Below are positions 1 to 12,500 of a stretch of DNA of 64,000 nt, in pieces. The position numbers and the translations under genes are program-made. The notes under the pieces were generated by a model that ran no database searches, was not told where the DNA came from, and worked only from the letters and a program-made list of their open reading frames with translations. The first letter of the stretch is position 1. Every line of letters begins with the position of its first letter. Source of the DNA: Octopus sinensis (lineage: Eukaryota); contig NC_043002.1 in the NCBI RefSeq assembly GCF_006345805.1, positions 48,856,001 to 48,920,000 of the forward strand. Direction: 5' to 3'.

Positions 1-840
1 CACGGCTCGAGAAACACGGGGCCGACCTGCCCGAGATGCGGTCAGAGCGACGAAAACCGTTCTGCACGCACTCGTTCAGTGTCCAACAATTCCGACCTGT
101 GGGCTTATGTCGAACAACTGCTGTCACGTGTGGGACGAGTCGGTTTATCAGCTGAGTCTATCGTCAATATTGTCACGCCTCCTTCCTTCAAACGGGAAGG
201 AAGAGCTATTTCATCATCCTTGTGGCTATGGCGAAAGAATGTATCTGGTGGACGCGTCTGAAAGGATTGGAGACAAACACTTTCCTCTCTGGTCAATCTC
301 TCATCAACTTCTTCAAGTACCACTTGAAAAGGAAAGTGAGAGTAGAGAGGCAAGTTTTGTCTAGCGAATGTTTTTAAAAAAGATGGGTGAATGTAGCAAG
401 AATGGCACGTATGAATGACGAAGCCACCTTGAGCATAGTCCTATGAACCCAGAAATCGAAAACAGAGAGTTGCTTATTTGCAAAAAAAAAAAAAAAAAAA
501 AAAAAAGAAATATAAAATGTGACTTCATTGACCGAGGTTACCGTGGTCTTTTCCGCAGGCTTTTCTTCCCACCTCACCTGTCCTCCCCTTTACACTTCAT
601 ATTGACATTTCTGTGATAACGATCCTATTGATCATTTTTTTTTCCTCTCCCCCCCCCCTTTTTTTTTTTTTTTTTTAAACCCCCCCCTATTTTGTCCTTT
701 CTCCCTTTTACGATCCCTTTTGATCGAACCTCCCCCTTCCTTTTTTTTTTTTTTTTTTTTAAATACCTTCAAAAGAAAAGCTCTACCTTGTAATTTGTTC
801 TATCTGTATGCAGCCCTGTGTGGCTAATAAAGAAACATAT
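1..840 (+). mobile_element. Tx1/L1-clade non-LTR retrotransposon 3' end (frameshifted ORF2 zinc knuckle and C-terminus, 3'UTR, AATAAA tail)
   Basis: Joining frames gives CPRCGQSDE-TVLHALVQCP (CCHC knuckle) ... LWAYVEQLL ... FIILVAMAKECIWWTRLKG ... KRWVNVARMARMNDEATLSIVL*. This is followed by A/T-rich UTR and taataaagaaacata at ~825-840. The element starts before the window. Confidence 0.8.
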
Positions 841-1313
841 CTATTGATCTGTCTGTCTGTCTACACACACACACACACACATTCATATATGGTGATGTGT
901 GAATGCAAAGAAATGTGTATTCCTTTTGCCAATCAGGTCTTTCTTGGAGTGGAAGGACAGAAGAGTTATACAAAATAGTTTTAAAGGTAATTTTGTGAAG
1001 TAATACTATTAAGTTAGATATCTTTCTTTGTCTTTTTTTTTCTTTTTCTTTTTAACATTTATTCTATTTACTTCCTTGTTCCAAAGCAGTTATTTTTAAT
1101 TTCATTTCCCCTGACATTTTAAACTCCATTCTTAAGCTCATAGCAGTACCTCACTTCTTTTGTAGGAAATACTGTTTCATGGTCGGTTGACTTCAGAACT
1201 TTTACTCTAAGCTAAATCACATTTCTGATATATTTAGAATAGATTTAACTTTTATGTTGAGAATATGTGTGGTCTACGAAAAGAGATATCCTTGATGTGT
1301 AGACAATAAAGTA

Positions 1314-1598
1314 TTATCTTTTAATGTCTTTTCTGCTCTTGTATAGAAACTGACGGATGATAAGTAATGTTGTTTTACAGCTACTTAATATCATTAGAGA
1401 GTTGCAATTCACTGAGTTGATACAGTGTTGATCTATGATCCAAATGATTGAGTGTTTGTATTTTGTTAATACTACTCTAGTTTGTATCTGACAAAGATAT
1501 TTCCCTGTGATCAGCTGTAAATAGGTCCACAGAACAATGCAGTTCCATACTAGAGAATAAATGATATTTTCTAAGATCAAATCTCCCATAGGTTTATT
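1314..1598 (-). CDS. Candidate terminal coding exon of minus-strand gene A (NKPMGDLILENIIYSLVWNC...KSRKDIKR*)
   Basis: 95-codon stop-free, non-repetitive frame in very AT-rich DNA, directly behind a good acceptor (catacttttccag). No homology recognised. Confidence 0.4.
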   Translation of the reverse strand, partial: NKPMGDLILENIIYSLVWNCIVLWTYLQLITGKYLCQIQTRVVLTKYKHSIIWIIDQHCINSVNCNSLMILSSCKTTLLIIRQFLYKSRKDIKR

Positions 1599-1844
1599 CT
1601 GGAAAAGTATGAACGCCATCATATTGACTCTCTTGACATAGATACATTGCACCATCATCATTTAACGTTCACTTTTCTATACTTGCATGGGCCAGACAGA
1701 ATATATTGAGGCCAATATTCAACAGCTGGGTGCCCTTCCTGTCACCAACTCTCACTTGTTTTCAAGCAACATGTCACAGCTAGGCATGTTTCTCATGTAT
1801 ATAAATATAAATTGAGGAGATAATTATAAGCCAGGCTATCCCTT

Positions 1845-2200
1845 TATGAGCACTACTTAGGGTGGATGTAAGTAGTGGATGTGAAGCAGCTGTGACAGCA
1901 AGAGTGAGACTTGGGTGGGTGAAGTTCAGGGAATGTGGAGTGTTGTTATATGGGAAAAGGTTCTGCCTATGCCTACATAAAGATAAAATCATCAATAAGG
2001 TTCCATCAGCTTAACTCTGTAAAGTGGCTGGTGTAGGAGCAGAGACAATGTAAGGGGACTTTCAGTCTTGTTGAGGACATGATAGCCTCAGAAGTGATAA
2101 CATCACAATAAGATGCATCAATTACACTGTGTAAAATGGTTGTTAGAAACAAGCCAAAAATGGAATGAATAAAAGATGTCAAACTATGATCCATCTAGGA
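1845..2200 (+). mobile_element. RTE-clade LINE fragment (degraded post-RT region)
   Basis: Translates SSGCEAAVTARVRLGWVKFRECGVLLYGKRF, typical of RTE ORF downstream of the RT domain. Confidence 0.7.
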
Positions 2201-2764
2201 AAATAGTCATTTCAAATAAAAACTATCTTGGATTGCCATGACTCATCCAACCCATGCTAGATTGGAAAGTAGATGTAAAATGATGACAATGCTGTGCTGA
2301 TGACGATGAAAATAAGGATGCCACTGCTGATGAAAATACTGCAGATGCTGCTGCTGCCACCACCACTTCTGCCATCACTGCCATTGTTGCTACCACTGCC
2401 ACTACTACTGCTACCATTGTAGTTCTGGTTTTGAATGAATATTTGAAACTTTTGGAGTGCCAAAACAGTTTAACACAAGTAATCTTTGGGTTTTCCAAAA
2501 TGCTTGATAATATAAAATGTAACTTTATGTTTATTTATTGTGTATCATATTTTCTGAACACCAGCATTGGGTTTCCAATGGGCTAATTATTTGGTCATTG
2601 CATTTCTAATAGTGAGAGTAACCAGAAAGTGCCCATCTGAGGTTAGGAACTACGTCCATAAAAAAATATTTTTTCCAATTTTCTTGCTGATGTTTATAAA
2701 TAAATCTCAAGTACACACATAAGTACAGAAGCCTATTTGTTATATTATGCATATATATATGTAG

Positions 2765-3075
2765 GTAAAGACATGGCTGAGTAGTTAAGAAGATTGCTTC
2801 CCATACATGTGGTCTTGGGTTCAGTCCTGCTGCAAGCATCTTCTACTATAGCCTTGGGCTGACCAAAGCCTTGTGAGTGGGTTTGGTAGAAGGAATCTGA
2901 AAGAAGCCCATTATGTGTGTGTGAGTATGCGCATGCGTGCGCATGTGCGTATGCGCATGTGCGTATGCGCATGCGTGCGCGTGTGTGTGTGTGTTTATAT
3001 ATACTTATTTCAGCCATTGAACTGTAGCCAAAGCCTTTTGAGTAGATTTGATAGATGAAACTGAAAGAAGCACAT
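2765..3075 (+). mobile_element. tRNA-derived octopus SINE family 2 (fragment with internal TG/CG repeat)
   Basis: catggctgagtagttaagaag head plus cttctactatagccttgggctgaccaaagccttgtgagtgg...gaaagaagccc body, shared with many copies in the window. Confidence 0.75.
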
Positions 3076-3396
3076 GTGTGTATAACTGTCATTGTCTATC
3101 CTCATTTGTGTGTGGTTGTCAGCATAACCACTGAGAAACAAAACTATGTTTTTGAACTGTCTTTCAATCTCAAGTCAGCCTTGATTTTACAGAGCAATGC
3201 AATCTTAAGACTCAGTTGAATAATAATAGTGGGCAGCAATTTGCAGGTCTTTCATTACAGATATTTCAAGCCTTCACCTACAAGTGGATTAAACTCTGTA
3301 CTTGGACATACAGTAGTTTTATTGTATAGGATGCAATCTGTATGTTGCTCAGTATGTGTATGCACATATATGCATACACCATTGTAGGCATGGCTG

Positions 3397-3815
3397 CAGG
3401 GCTGTATTAACCATTAAGCAAAATAAGCATGTACTTAGAGTATCAAGGGAAAGGGGGACATCACAGAAATGACTAATGGTTTACAGCACAAAAGAAATTA
3501 CTTTAAACTTTCTAAAATAATATTTGAAGTGGTTTATATGATTAGAAATATAATTTCAAAGTGTTCATGATGTCATGGTGAGGATCTGATCAAAGACTGT
3601 GCAATTAAAACAAGTAGGAGAAAACTTTTCAAATATAAATAAAGTGGAAGTATACAAAAATAAACATTATTTTCCATATTACTGGTTTGTTTCATTTTGT
3701 AAAATAAAAATTTATTTTATGGTTTGTAATTGTTTATATCCTGAATTACATATATATGGGGGCACCAAATTCTTTTAAGTGCTTATGGCCCTCTATGGGT
3801 TTTTATCCAGCCCTG
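3397..3815. mobile_element. hAT-type MITE
   Basis: Terminal inverted repeats cagggctg...cagccctg, flanked by a near-perfect 8-bp TSD catggctg/catggttg. Inserted into a SINE head. Confidence 0.75.
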
Positions 3816-4429
3816 CATGGTTGATTGGTTTAAATGTTCACTTTGCAGGCATGAAGTTCTGTGTTTTGACTCACTGTGCAACACCTTCCATCAAGGGTCC
3901 AGTTGTAGTGGCTTATGTGCCTCAATAATTCTGAATGTAATGTAGCAGAATGTAAACCCCTGGTAGGTCCTCGCATGCTGGACAGATCAAAGAACAAAGG
4001 CTAATCTAATATCTTACAGCGGTAAAAATTGGCTCAACACCTATTCATAGAAAAAGGCGAAGTTACAGAATTATTAATGACAATTCAAAGCCCACAAGAG
4101 CTGGAAGAGCTCGTAGAAACATGTAGTGTGTTGCAGCAAAATTCTGAAAGAACATCCAGCATTACATGTTAGCCTCTGACCTAGAAAAGAGGCAGGTAAA
4201 AGGTTTGCCTAAATATAGCTGGAATGTGGGTACTGAAGCAAAGGTTAAAAAAAAAGGCAGGGATCCAACTGGAAAGAAGCAGAAAAGACAGTTCATATTT
4301 GAGAATAATGGAGAGAAGTTGTCAATGGCCTGTGGTCTGTAGGGAGTGAAGAGCTTAAGTAGTAAGAGTGACACCTTGAGCAAATGTATTTTGCCATAGC
4401 CTTAGAAGGTTCCAAACAGTTGAGTGAAA

Positions 4430-4800
4430 TTCGGTAAAAGGAATTTGTGGTTTCACATTCAGTGCCTTCTGTTATAGTCCTAGCTGATCAAAGCTTTGTG
4501 AATGAATTTGGGAGACAGAAACTTTGTAGAAACCTGTTGTATATCTGCACATGTGTTGTGTGTGTGTGTGTATGTATCATTGTGTCTGTTTGTCCCTCCC
4601 ACCCCAAATCTTAGACAGCTGGTGTTGGCTCATTTATGTGCGTATAACATAGAGATTCAGCAAAAGGAACTGATAGAATAAGTTACCAGACTTTAAAGAA
4701 AAAATAAGTACTGACATCAATCTGTTTGACTAAAACTCTTCAAGGCAGTGCCACAGAATGGACGCAGTCTAGTGACTGAAACAGGTAAAAGATAGAGATG
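4430..4800 (+). mobile_element. SINE family 2 copy (CpG-decayed)
   Basis: Matches family-2 body and tail (gatagaataagt...gactgaaacaggtaaaagata). Confidence 0.7.
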
Positions 4801-5034
4801 CTTCGAATTGGATTTCTTTATAGGTAATTTCTAAGTTATAATATTGCAGCCCCAGACACCATGCATCCCACCACACCTTTAATCAGAATATATATTTTGT
4901 CAGTTTTAACTACTAACAAACAGAAATCTTAATATGAGCAAACACTTGAAAATAACCACACATACAGATATGGCAACAGAGATTGATTCACTTTGAGAAT
5001 TAGGCAGATAATGATACACAAACATCTGTATGCA

Positions 5035-5068
<34 letters not shown>

Positions 5069-6366
5069 CTCACCCATCATCCGATACATTCACACAAACA
5101 CATATGTATGTGCTCACAGTAAACAATTATCTAACAATATTTTTTTCTTGCTATCAATTAGGTAGAAAGTGGCTTTTTTCTACCAAACAGTAAAATAAAT
5201 AAATAAATAAATCAATAAATAAATAAATAAATAAATGAATAAATATATAAATAAGCATAAATGAAAATTTTCAGAAATAATCTTTATCCAAATCTTTGCA
5301 AAAGAAATCCTATGTAGCTATTAGATAAACCAACAACTCACAAAAAAAAAAAATCACAGTCATGGTAACAATAATAGGAAAATGATAAGATACAGAATAA
5401 AAAACACAAATATTGTATTATTACTGAAAGGACTTTCTGACACAGCAATAAGATTTTCAATGCAATTACGGTTTAACTGTAGTTACTGAAGTAAACAAAC
5501 CAACAAATAAATAATAACTTATTTCAAATTGTGTCACATGAGACATTAAGTCTCTAATTGTCATTTATTGCTTACTTGGTCATGAAATAATAGAACCTCA
5601 CAGAGTTATTGGACTTTATGATTTTATTCTTTTATTCCTATTGAGAAAGAATATTAAGGAACTGAATCATAGCTTTTGCAAACTAGTATATGAGAAAAGT
5701 TGAAGAATTCTTCATGATATGGTACAAAATTCTTTTACTTTTTATGTCATTACGGAAATATTCAGTGATCAGCAGACTATTTGCAATAACAATTTCATAC
5801 ATGAATGCATAAAGAAAGAGATTTTTCTTGGAATGGGAATGCATTTTATGCCAAAATTGTTTGTTGTCAGTATGGTAAAAGACAAAATAGCTTGTAATAA
5901 AGTCATAGGAAATATTTCTGTAAACATCATTTCATAGATGGTGTCTATATTGATAATAGGTAATATTTTGGTAATATTTCAGATTGCAGTCTTGGTGAAT
6001 GTAACATTGAACTGCCTGATTACGGGTTAATAAGTAAAGATAAAACAGTAGGGATCCTAATTTTCAGTAGAAAATAGAAATGAAAATGAGATTTTGCTAT
6101 AACACATTGTGAAATAGAGTATATAAAACAGATCTACCCTACTGATCAGCTATAAATGGTTAGCTATTTTCAAAGCTGGAACTGGGGAAAAGAATGTCTC
6201 TATTTTCTTGATTGGTTGACCATATTAGTGAAAACTAGCTCCAGTTTCATTATTTGGCTGGCTTATAATATTACAAGGATATTTCAGAAAAGATTTTCTC
6301 AAAATAAGGTAGCTCAAAATATAAAAAAAAAATGTAATCATTTATAGCACTAACAAGAGAATATAA

Positions 6367-6545
6367 CATACATACATACATACATACATATATACATGCA
6401 TGCATATATGCATGCATGCATGCATGCATGCATACATACATACATACATACATACATACATACATACATACATACATACATACATACATACATACATACA
6501 TACATACATACATACATTCATTCATTCATTCATTCATTCATAGAG
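6367..6545. repeat. (CATA)n/(CATG)n/(TTCA)n compound microsatellite
   Basis: Direct reading; explains the spurious MYVCMYVC ORFs. Confidence 0.95.
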
Positions 6546-6719
6546 ATAAACAACAAAATAACATTTTTGGATTGTAATTATTTTAAAATTCTATACACCC
6601 AATTATCTATTTTTCAATTATCAACAATTGCTTTATTCTAGCTATATTGTTTTGAGATCATCATATTTCCAAGCACTGAATGAAAGGCATTGCTTAATAA
6701 TTATTTCCAATATAGGCAC

Positions 6720-7200
6720 AAGGCTGAAGATGGTGAGCTGGCAGAATTGTAACTGTGCTGGAAAAATTGCTTAGCAGTTCTTCTGACTTTACGTTCTGTG
6801 TTCAAATGCCACTGTGGTCGATTTTGAATTTGATCCTTCCAGTGTCGATAAAATAAGTACCAGTTAAGCACTAGGGTCGATGTGATTGACTTAGCTCTCC
6901 TCTAAAATTGCTGGCCTTGTGCCAAAATTTGAAACCAATATGGGTACAAGTCTTGAAATGTTTTAAGGAGGGGGTTCTTTCATCTTTTACCTTTACCTTG
7001 AGTCAATCATTGGACTATGGCTGTGCTGAGGCACTACTTTAAGGGGGTTTAGTCAAACAAATCAATCCCAAGACATCTTTTAGAAACCTTTTATTCTATC
7101 GGTCTTTTTAACTAAACTACTAAATTATAGGGACATAAACAAACCAACACCAATTGTCAAGCAGTAATGAAGAACAAATACATAGACAAACACACATAGT
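6720..7200. mobile_element. SINE family 1 (+, ~6720-6950) followed by SINE family 2 (-, ~6975-7200)
   Basis: gagctggcagaa...gtcgataaaataagtaccag core, then the reverse complement of the family-2 tail. Confidence 0.7.
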
Positions 7201-7223
7201 CGTATGTGTGTGTGTGTGTGTGT

Positions 7224-7260
<37 letters not shown>

Positions 7261-7272
7261 CATACATATATA

Positions 7273-7605
7273 CATACATATATACATACATATGGAGGCG
7301 CAATGGCCCAGTGGTTAGGGCAGCGGACTCGCAGTCTTAGGATCGTGGTTTCAATTCTCAGACTGGGTGTTGTGAGTGTTTATTGAGTGAAAACACCTAA
7401 AGTTCCACGAGGCTCCGCCAGGGGGTGGTAGCGACCCCTGTTGTACTCTTTCGCCACAACTTTCTCTCACTCTTTCTTCTGTTGGCCTGCTCACTTAGCC
7501 AGCGGGGTGGCGTCATTTGAAGGCTAAAACAATGTGAAGAGCATTGTGACCAGCGATGTGTAACAACATCTGATAGCCTGGGCGGTCACGGGGATCACGG
7601 TGATA

Positions 7606-7635
<30 letters not shown>
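7273..7635 (+). mobile_element. Young tRNA-derived SINE (third type) ending in (ATAC)n
   Basis: tRNA-like head ggaggcgcaatggcccagtggttagggcagcggactcg...ggtttcaatt with CpG-rich body. Its tail gtcacggtgat(atac)n also occurs at ~26395-26480 on the minus strand. Confidence 0.75.
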
Positions 7636-7639
<4 letters not shown>

Positions 7640-7879
7640 CATATATTGTTGTATTTTGGGATGGTCATTTTCTTTTCTTTTCACCAAATAAACACACACA
7701 CTATATATTTTTCTTCACTCGTTTATTACTGTTCTTATTTTATTATTTGAACTCATGTCCAATGTTCAGAAATCTTTCCTCACACATCTGTGGCCTCTTC
7801 AGTGACACTTTTCATTTTCGTGTGAGTTCTTGCTCCACTTACTCCATCCTGTTCTTCTAAGATGTGTCAATAATAATAA

Positions 7880-8107
7880 TGATTTCAAATTTTGACACAA
7901 GGGTAGCAATTTTGGGGGAGGGGACTAGTCAATTACATTGACCCCAGTGTTTCACTGGTACCTAATTTATTGACCTCGAAAGGATGAAAAGCAAAGTCAA
8001 CCTCAGTGGAATTTGAACTCAGAATGTAGTGACTGGCAAAATACCCCTAAGCATTTCACCTGGCATGCTAAACATTCTGCCAGCTCGCTGCCTTAATAAT
8101 AATAATA

Positions 8108-8152
<45 letters not shown>

Positions 8153-9158
8153 TAATTCATCCTAAATTTGTCATAAGGTAAGCAGTTTTAGAGAAGGCCT
8201 CAATGCCTAACCGGCACTAATTTTATCACCCTAGAAAGGATGAAAGGCAAAGATGATTATGACAGAATTTGAACTTAGAACATAAGACTGGAAGAAATTT
8301 TGCAAAGCATTTTACCAGGTGTGGTAACCATTCTGCCAGCTCACCACCTTAATAGTAATAATGGTTTCAAATTTTGTCACAAGGGCATCAATTTGGGGGG
8401 AGGGGGTCGAGTCGATTACATTGACCCCAGTGTTCAATTGGTACTTATTTTATTGACCCTGAGAGGATGAAAGGCAAAGTTGACCTCGGTGAAATTTGGA
8501 CTCAGGACATAGCAATGGGTGAAATACTGTTAAGCATTTCATCCAGCATGCTAACAATTCTGCCAGCTAACTGCCTTTTCACCTTAATGCTACTAATAAA
8601 AATAATAATTCCTTCTAATTTTGGCACTAGGCCAGCAAATTTGAAGGGAGGGAGAAGTTGATTACATTGCCCCACCCCCTCCCAGTGCAAAGAACCAGAA
8701 AAATGCTGCTAAGCACTTTGTCCAGCACACTATATATACAGTTGGTGTTAGAAAGGGTACCCAACCACAAAAACCATGCCAAAACGGACAGTAAAGCTTG
8801 GTGCAGTCTTCTACCTAGCCAGCTTGTCAAACCATCCAATCTATGCCAGCATGGAAAATGGACATGTGATAATGATGACACACACACACGCACACACACA
8901 CATACACACATAATTTTGCCACTTTGGAAATTATTATAGTAACAGTATTAACACACAGAAGAGACAAACAAAAACAGACAAATGGATTAAGTCGATTACA
9001 TTGAACCCCAGTGCATAACTGGAACTTAATTTATTGACCTCGAAAGGATGAAAGGCAAAGTCGACCTCAGCGGAATTTGAACTCAGAACATAGCGGCAGA
9101 CGAAATACCGCTATGTAATTCGCCCAGCATGCTAACGTTTCTGCCAGCTTACTGCCTT
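7880..9158 (-). mobile_element. Cluster of 4-5 SINE family 1 copies interleaved with (AAT)n
   Basis: Repeated aaaggatgaaaggcaaagt(c/t)gacct...ggaatttgaactcag...ctgccagctc cores at ~7880-8094, 8160-8351, 8360-8585 and 8955-9158. Confidence 0.85.
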
Positions 9159-10319
9159 ATTTTTTTTCCATTTTTTTCGTTTTTTTTTATTTCTTTCACC
9201 ATTGCAGTAAAATATAAAGATTTGAAAGTCAGATGAAGATGTTGATTGATATTCCAGGAAGAGCATTTGATGTAAATAAACTGATAAATGGAAATTAAGG
9301 AAGACATGTTAGAGCTAAACAAGGTCAGTCTTAATACAGACCTAAACAAGGTCAGTATTAGTAATACTGTTTAATATTAATATTAATAATATTAATATTA
9401 ATAATAGTAATTATTAATATTAATAATCATGATGAAGATTTCTTTTATTTTCCATAGGACATTAAGTGAGGGGTAGGTTAAAATAGATGTTATAATTTGT
9501 ATGGGAGATTATATAAAAATGTGCAAAGAAAAAAGAGCAACATGGAGACATGAGATGAATAAGATGTGTAGTATACAAAATGTATAAGTATATGAGTCAT
9601 ACACTCCTTCTGATACAGGAGATGATCAAAGAACTCTACAAGATCACTCTAATCACTAAGCACGCATGTCTTCATCCAGCTTAACTGCTCTTAGGAAACA
9701 CTCACATCTTGTATGTTTGTTTGTGTGCATGTGTGTGTGTGTGTGTGTGTGTAAATGCATATGTGTATGTATATAGATATGTATGTTTATTTGTGCATGG
9801 ATAAGTAAGTAGGTAGGTTAGTACAAATATAAGAAGGGGGAGAAGAGGTGGACAGTTGGACAATGTAAAAGGTGCAAGAGGTAGACAAAAATTAAAAATG
9901 TGGACAATCCACACATAAAAAAAGAAACTATCATAAAAAGTTGTACTCAGTGAACTGTATTCTGCAAGAAAAGGAAATGGTAAAAAAGTAAACTAGTAAA
10001 GCATAGTAAGAAAGAATAAGTAAAGTAAAAGAAACAAGAACAGATTTTGGTACCTATATAATGCATCTGTGTACCTGTGCTTGCATTGCACCCCACCCAC
10101 AAGATGGACCAAACAAATAACTGGTATTAAAGACTACAGAGCTGACAGTTTGATGAAGTCAATTATTGGTAAAACATTAAAATCTCCAATCTTTTCCTTG
10201 CAAAAATATATTTTATATTTTACTTGTACTGAGTGTCGTTCAGTTATTTTTTGGGGTTTTTTTTATGCATCATTTTGCATAGAGCAAACATGATATGCTA
10301 ATGTAGAAGGATTGGAATA

Positions 10320-10870
10320 ATGAAGCACATTTTCCAGTAGCCAAGTAGGTCAGGAGCACAGATATATATGGTAACATAATCATGCACTTAGAGTACTGGC
10401 TGATACAATGGTGAAGAAGGTAAAATAAATTAACAACACTGAAGACCACGCTAGTGAAGCATAGAAGAATAAAATTTTTCAGAGAAGGTGAACACTGTAA
10501 GAAGAAGAATGATTCAAAATGGAAGAGGACTTTGGAAGTTTTTGTGGATCTTGATGGTAAATATCACTTCCTTTTTTTTTTGCCAACAAAAGGCCCAATC
10601 TTATTATGTGGCGAAAGGAAAGGAAGATAGTAAAGATGGTTGAGATGTCAGTTCCTTGGGAAGTGAACATAGAGGACACTTTCCTCAAGAAAGACAGAAA
10701 ATAGAGTGAGCTAACTGAACTTTGTGAAAACAATGGATGGGAGGCAATATGCCTTCCTGTAGAGATAAGTATGTGAGGATTTGTTAAGTTGAGCATATGA
10801 TAAGCGTTTGAAGATTTGTTGAAATCAGGGCTCAATCAATGCTCAGGAGCCTTGAATTAGCATTGAAAGA
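10320..10870 (+). mobile_element. HERO/NeSL-like non-LTR retrotransposon 3' fragment (restriction-like endonuclease)
   Basis: Degraded frame QEHRYIW*HNHALRVLAD ... KRPNLIMWRKERKIVKMVEMSVPWE ... LCENNGWEAICLPVEI. Matches RYxWRHN and RPD..IELTVPWE..PVEVG RLE motifs. Confidence 0.7.
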
Positions 10871-11167
10871 GAAAGCTACTGGGAAAATGAAAATTTACAT
10901 CTAGCTCAAGAGAAAGGACAAATGGTGCAGCAAGATTAAGCATTGAAGATGATAGAAATATTTAGCCCAGAGTTGCTACATCTGACTCAATAAAGCTCAT
11001 GTTGTTGTGAGGGAAATGTGTTGCCTACATTAGAGGGTAGTGGCCATGACAGCTCCAGCGTTGCTGCAGAAGAAACCAAAATGCCTACAGAACTGCTTCA
11101 CCACCTGATGAAACATTGACTCCAGCATTCAGAAACAGAGTACAGCAGCATCCTCAGCATACAAGTA

Positions 11168-11225
<58 letters not shown>

Positions 11226-11387
11226 GCTTATATTTTCTATTGTGAGGACATGCACTCTTCTTATAGGGATGGAGAAATATCACATCGATATAATGGGTAT
11301 ATTTAAAATGTAGAATATGATAATCAAAGAGAAAATGTAGAGTATATAGATACAAATTAATTTATTAACATATAGTTAAATAAAAAT

Positions 11388-11491
11388 GCCTACAATTGTT
11401 TCAATTTTACTCAATACTAATTATAAATTTATAAATAAAATTAAATAAAATTTGCATCTAGAATATTATATGATTAAAATCTCTTCAGGGC
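11388..11491 (-). ncRNA. Type-I hammerhead ribozyme motif with long stem-II loop
   Basis: Minus strand GCC-CUGAAGA-GAUUUUA-(~70 nt)-UAAAAUU-GAAA-CAAUUG-UA-GGC: intact core, palindromic stem III, GUA cleavage triplet. Confidence 0.7.
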
Positions 11492-11835
11492 TAATTGACA
11501 CAAAAGGATTGCATGTTGTCAGGTTGAGATTTTAAAACAGATTAAATAAATGAAGATATATTTATATGTATGTGTTGGTGTTAATATATTTCATAAGAAA
11601 ATAAGATAATAAAAAATAAAATAGAATAAAATAAAATAAAATAAAATTTGCATCTAGAATATTATATGATTAAAATCTCTTCAGGGCTAATTGACACAAA
11701 AGGATTGCATGTTGTCAGGTTGAGATTTTAAAACAGATTAAATAAATGAAGATATATTTATATGTATGTGTTGGTGTTAATATATTTCATAAGAAAATAA
11801 GATAATAAAAAATAAAATAGAATAAAATAAAATAA
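11446..11835. repeat. Tandem duplication, two ~196-bp units (PLE pseudo-LTR)
   Basis: tttgcatctagaatattatatg...ataaaataaaat starts at 11451 and again at 11647, apparently identical. Confidence 0.9.
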
Positions 11836-12269
11836 AATAAATGACCTATCTAATAGAAAATTAGAATTATATATAAAAAAGATTTTATAAGTACTTTAAA
11901 AACTATGGACTATCTAATACTTTAGAAAATGAACATAGTTCTGTCAACTTTTTAGCTGTTAATTTTAATCTTATTACTGGGACACATAAACCCTACCATA
12001 AACCTAATGCTAACTTAAAAAATAAAATCAGTAACACTTACTTTAATTCCAAATATTTCGAGAAGAATTTCATACCTTGCATCTAATGAAGAGAGCTTCA
12101 ATAATAATGTAGAATTTTACAACTTAGTCCTTAATAAAGTGAGATATAAACAAAAGGTGTAATGATAATGAATATATATTAAGTAAATTTCATAACCATC
12201 CAACTCAAATAACAAAACGTATATGCCTGCACAGTCATCACCACAATACTTTTACTAAATATTGGGGGC

Positions 12270-12500
12270 CTGTTGCATCAAAATCGAAACAAAATTTCTT
12301 TCCTGATTGATCTTACTGCATGCAATCAAGCCCTATGCATAGCACTCGTGGAAACTCACCTCAGCCCTGATATAGAGGACGCAGAAGTACACGTACCAAA
12401 CTATGCCATACTGCAAACAGACAGAAGGGAAAGGAGCCATGATGGAGTTGCTGTATACATCCGTGATGACCTCACGGATGTATACAGCAACTGTATACAT
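12270..12500 (+). mobile_element. Apurinic-like endonuclease (APE) N-terminal fragment of a LINE, embedded in the PLE
   Basis: LCIALVETHLSPDIEDAEVHVPNYAILQTDRRERSHDGVAVYIRDDL matches the ETWL...RxDR...GGVAVY APE signature. Confidence 0.8.

Noticed and set aside
5805-5897. Plus-strand peptide WNGNAFYAKIVCCQYGKR resembling a CaRF motif
   Set aside because: Short, bounded by stops, no splice support; several frames here are partly open by chance.
6271-6641. ORFs such as MYVCMYVC.., IYIYIY.., SLSLSL.., poly-I/N/T throughout the window
   Set aside because: Translations of microsatellites with no coding evidence.
11100-11150. CTGATGA...GAAAC hammerhead-like motif
   Set aside because: No stem I or convincing stem II pairing.
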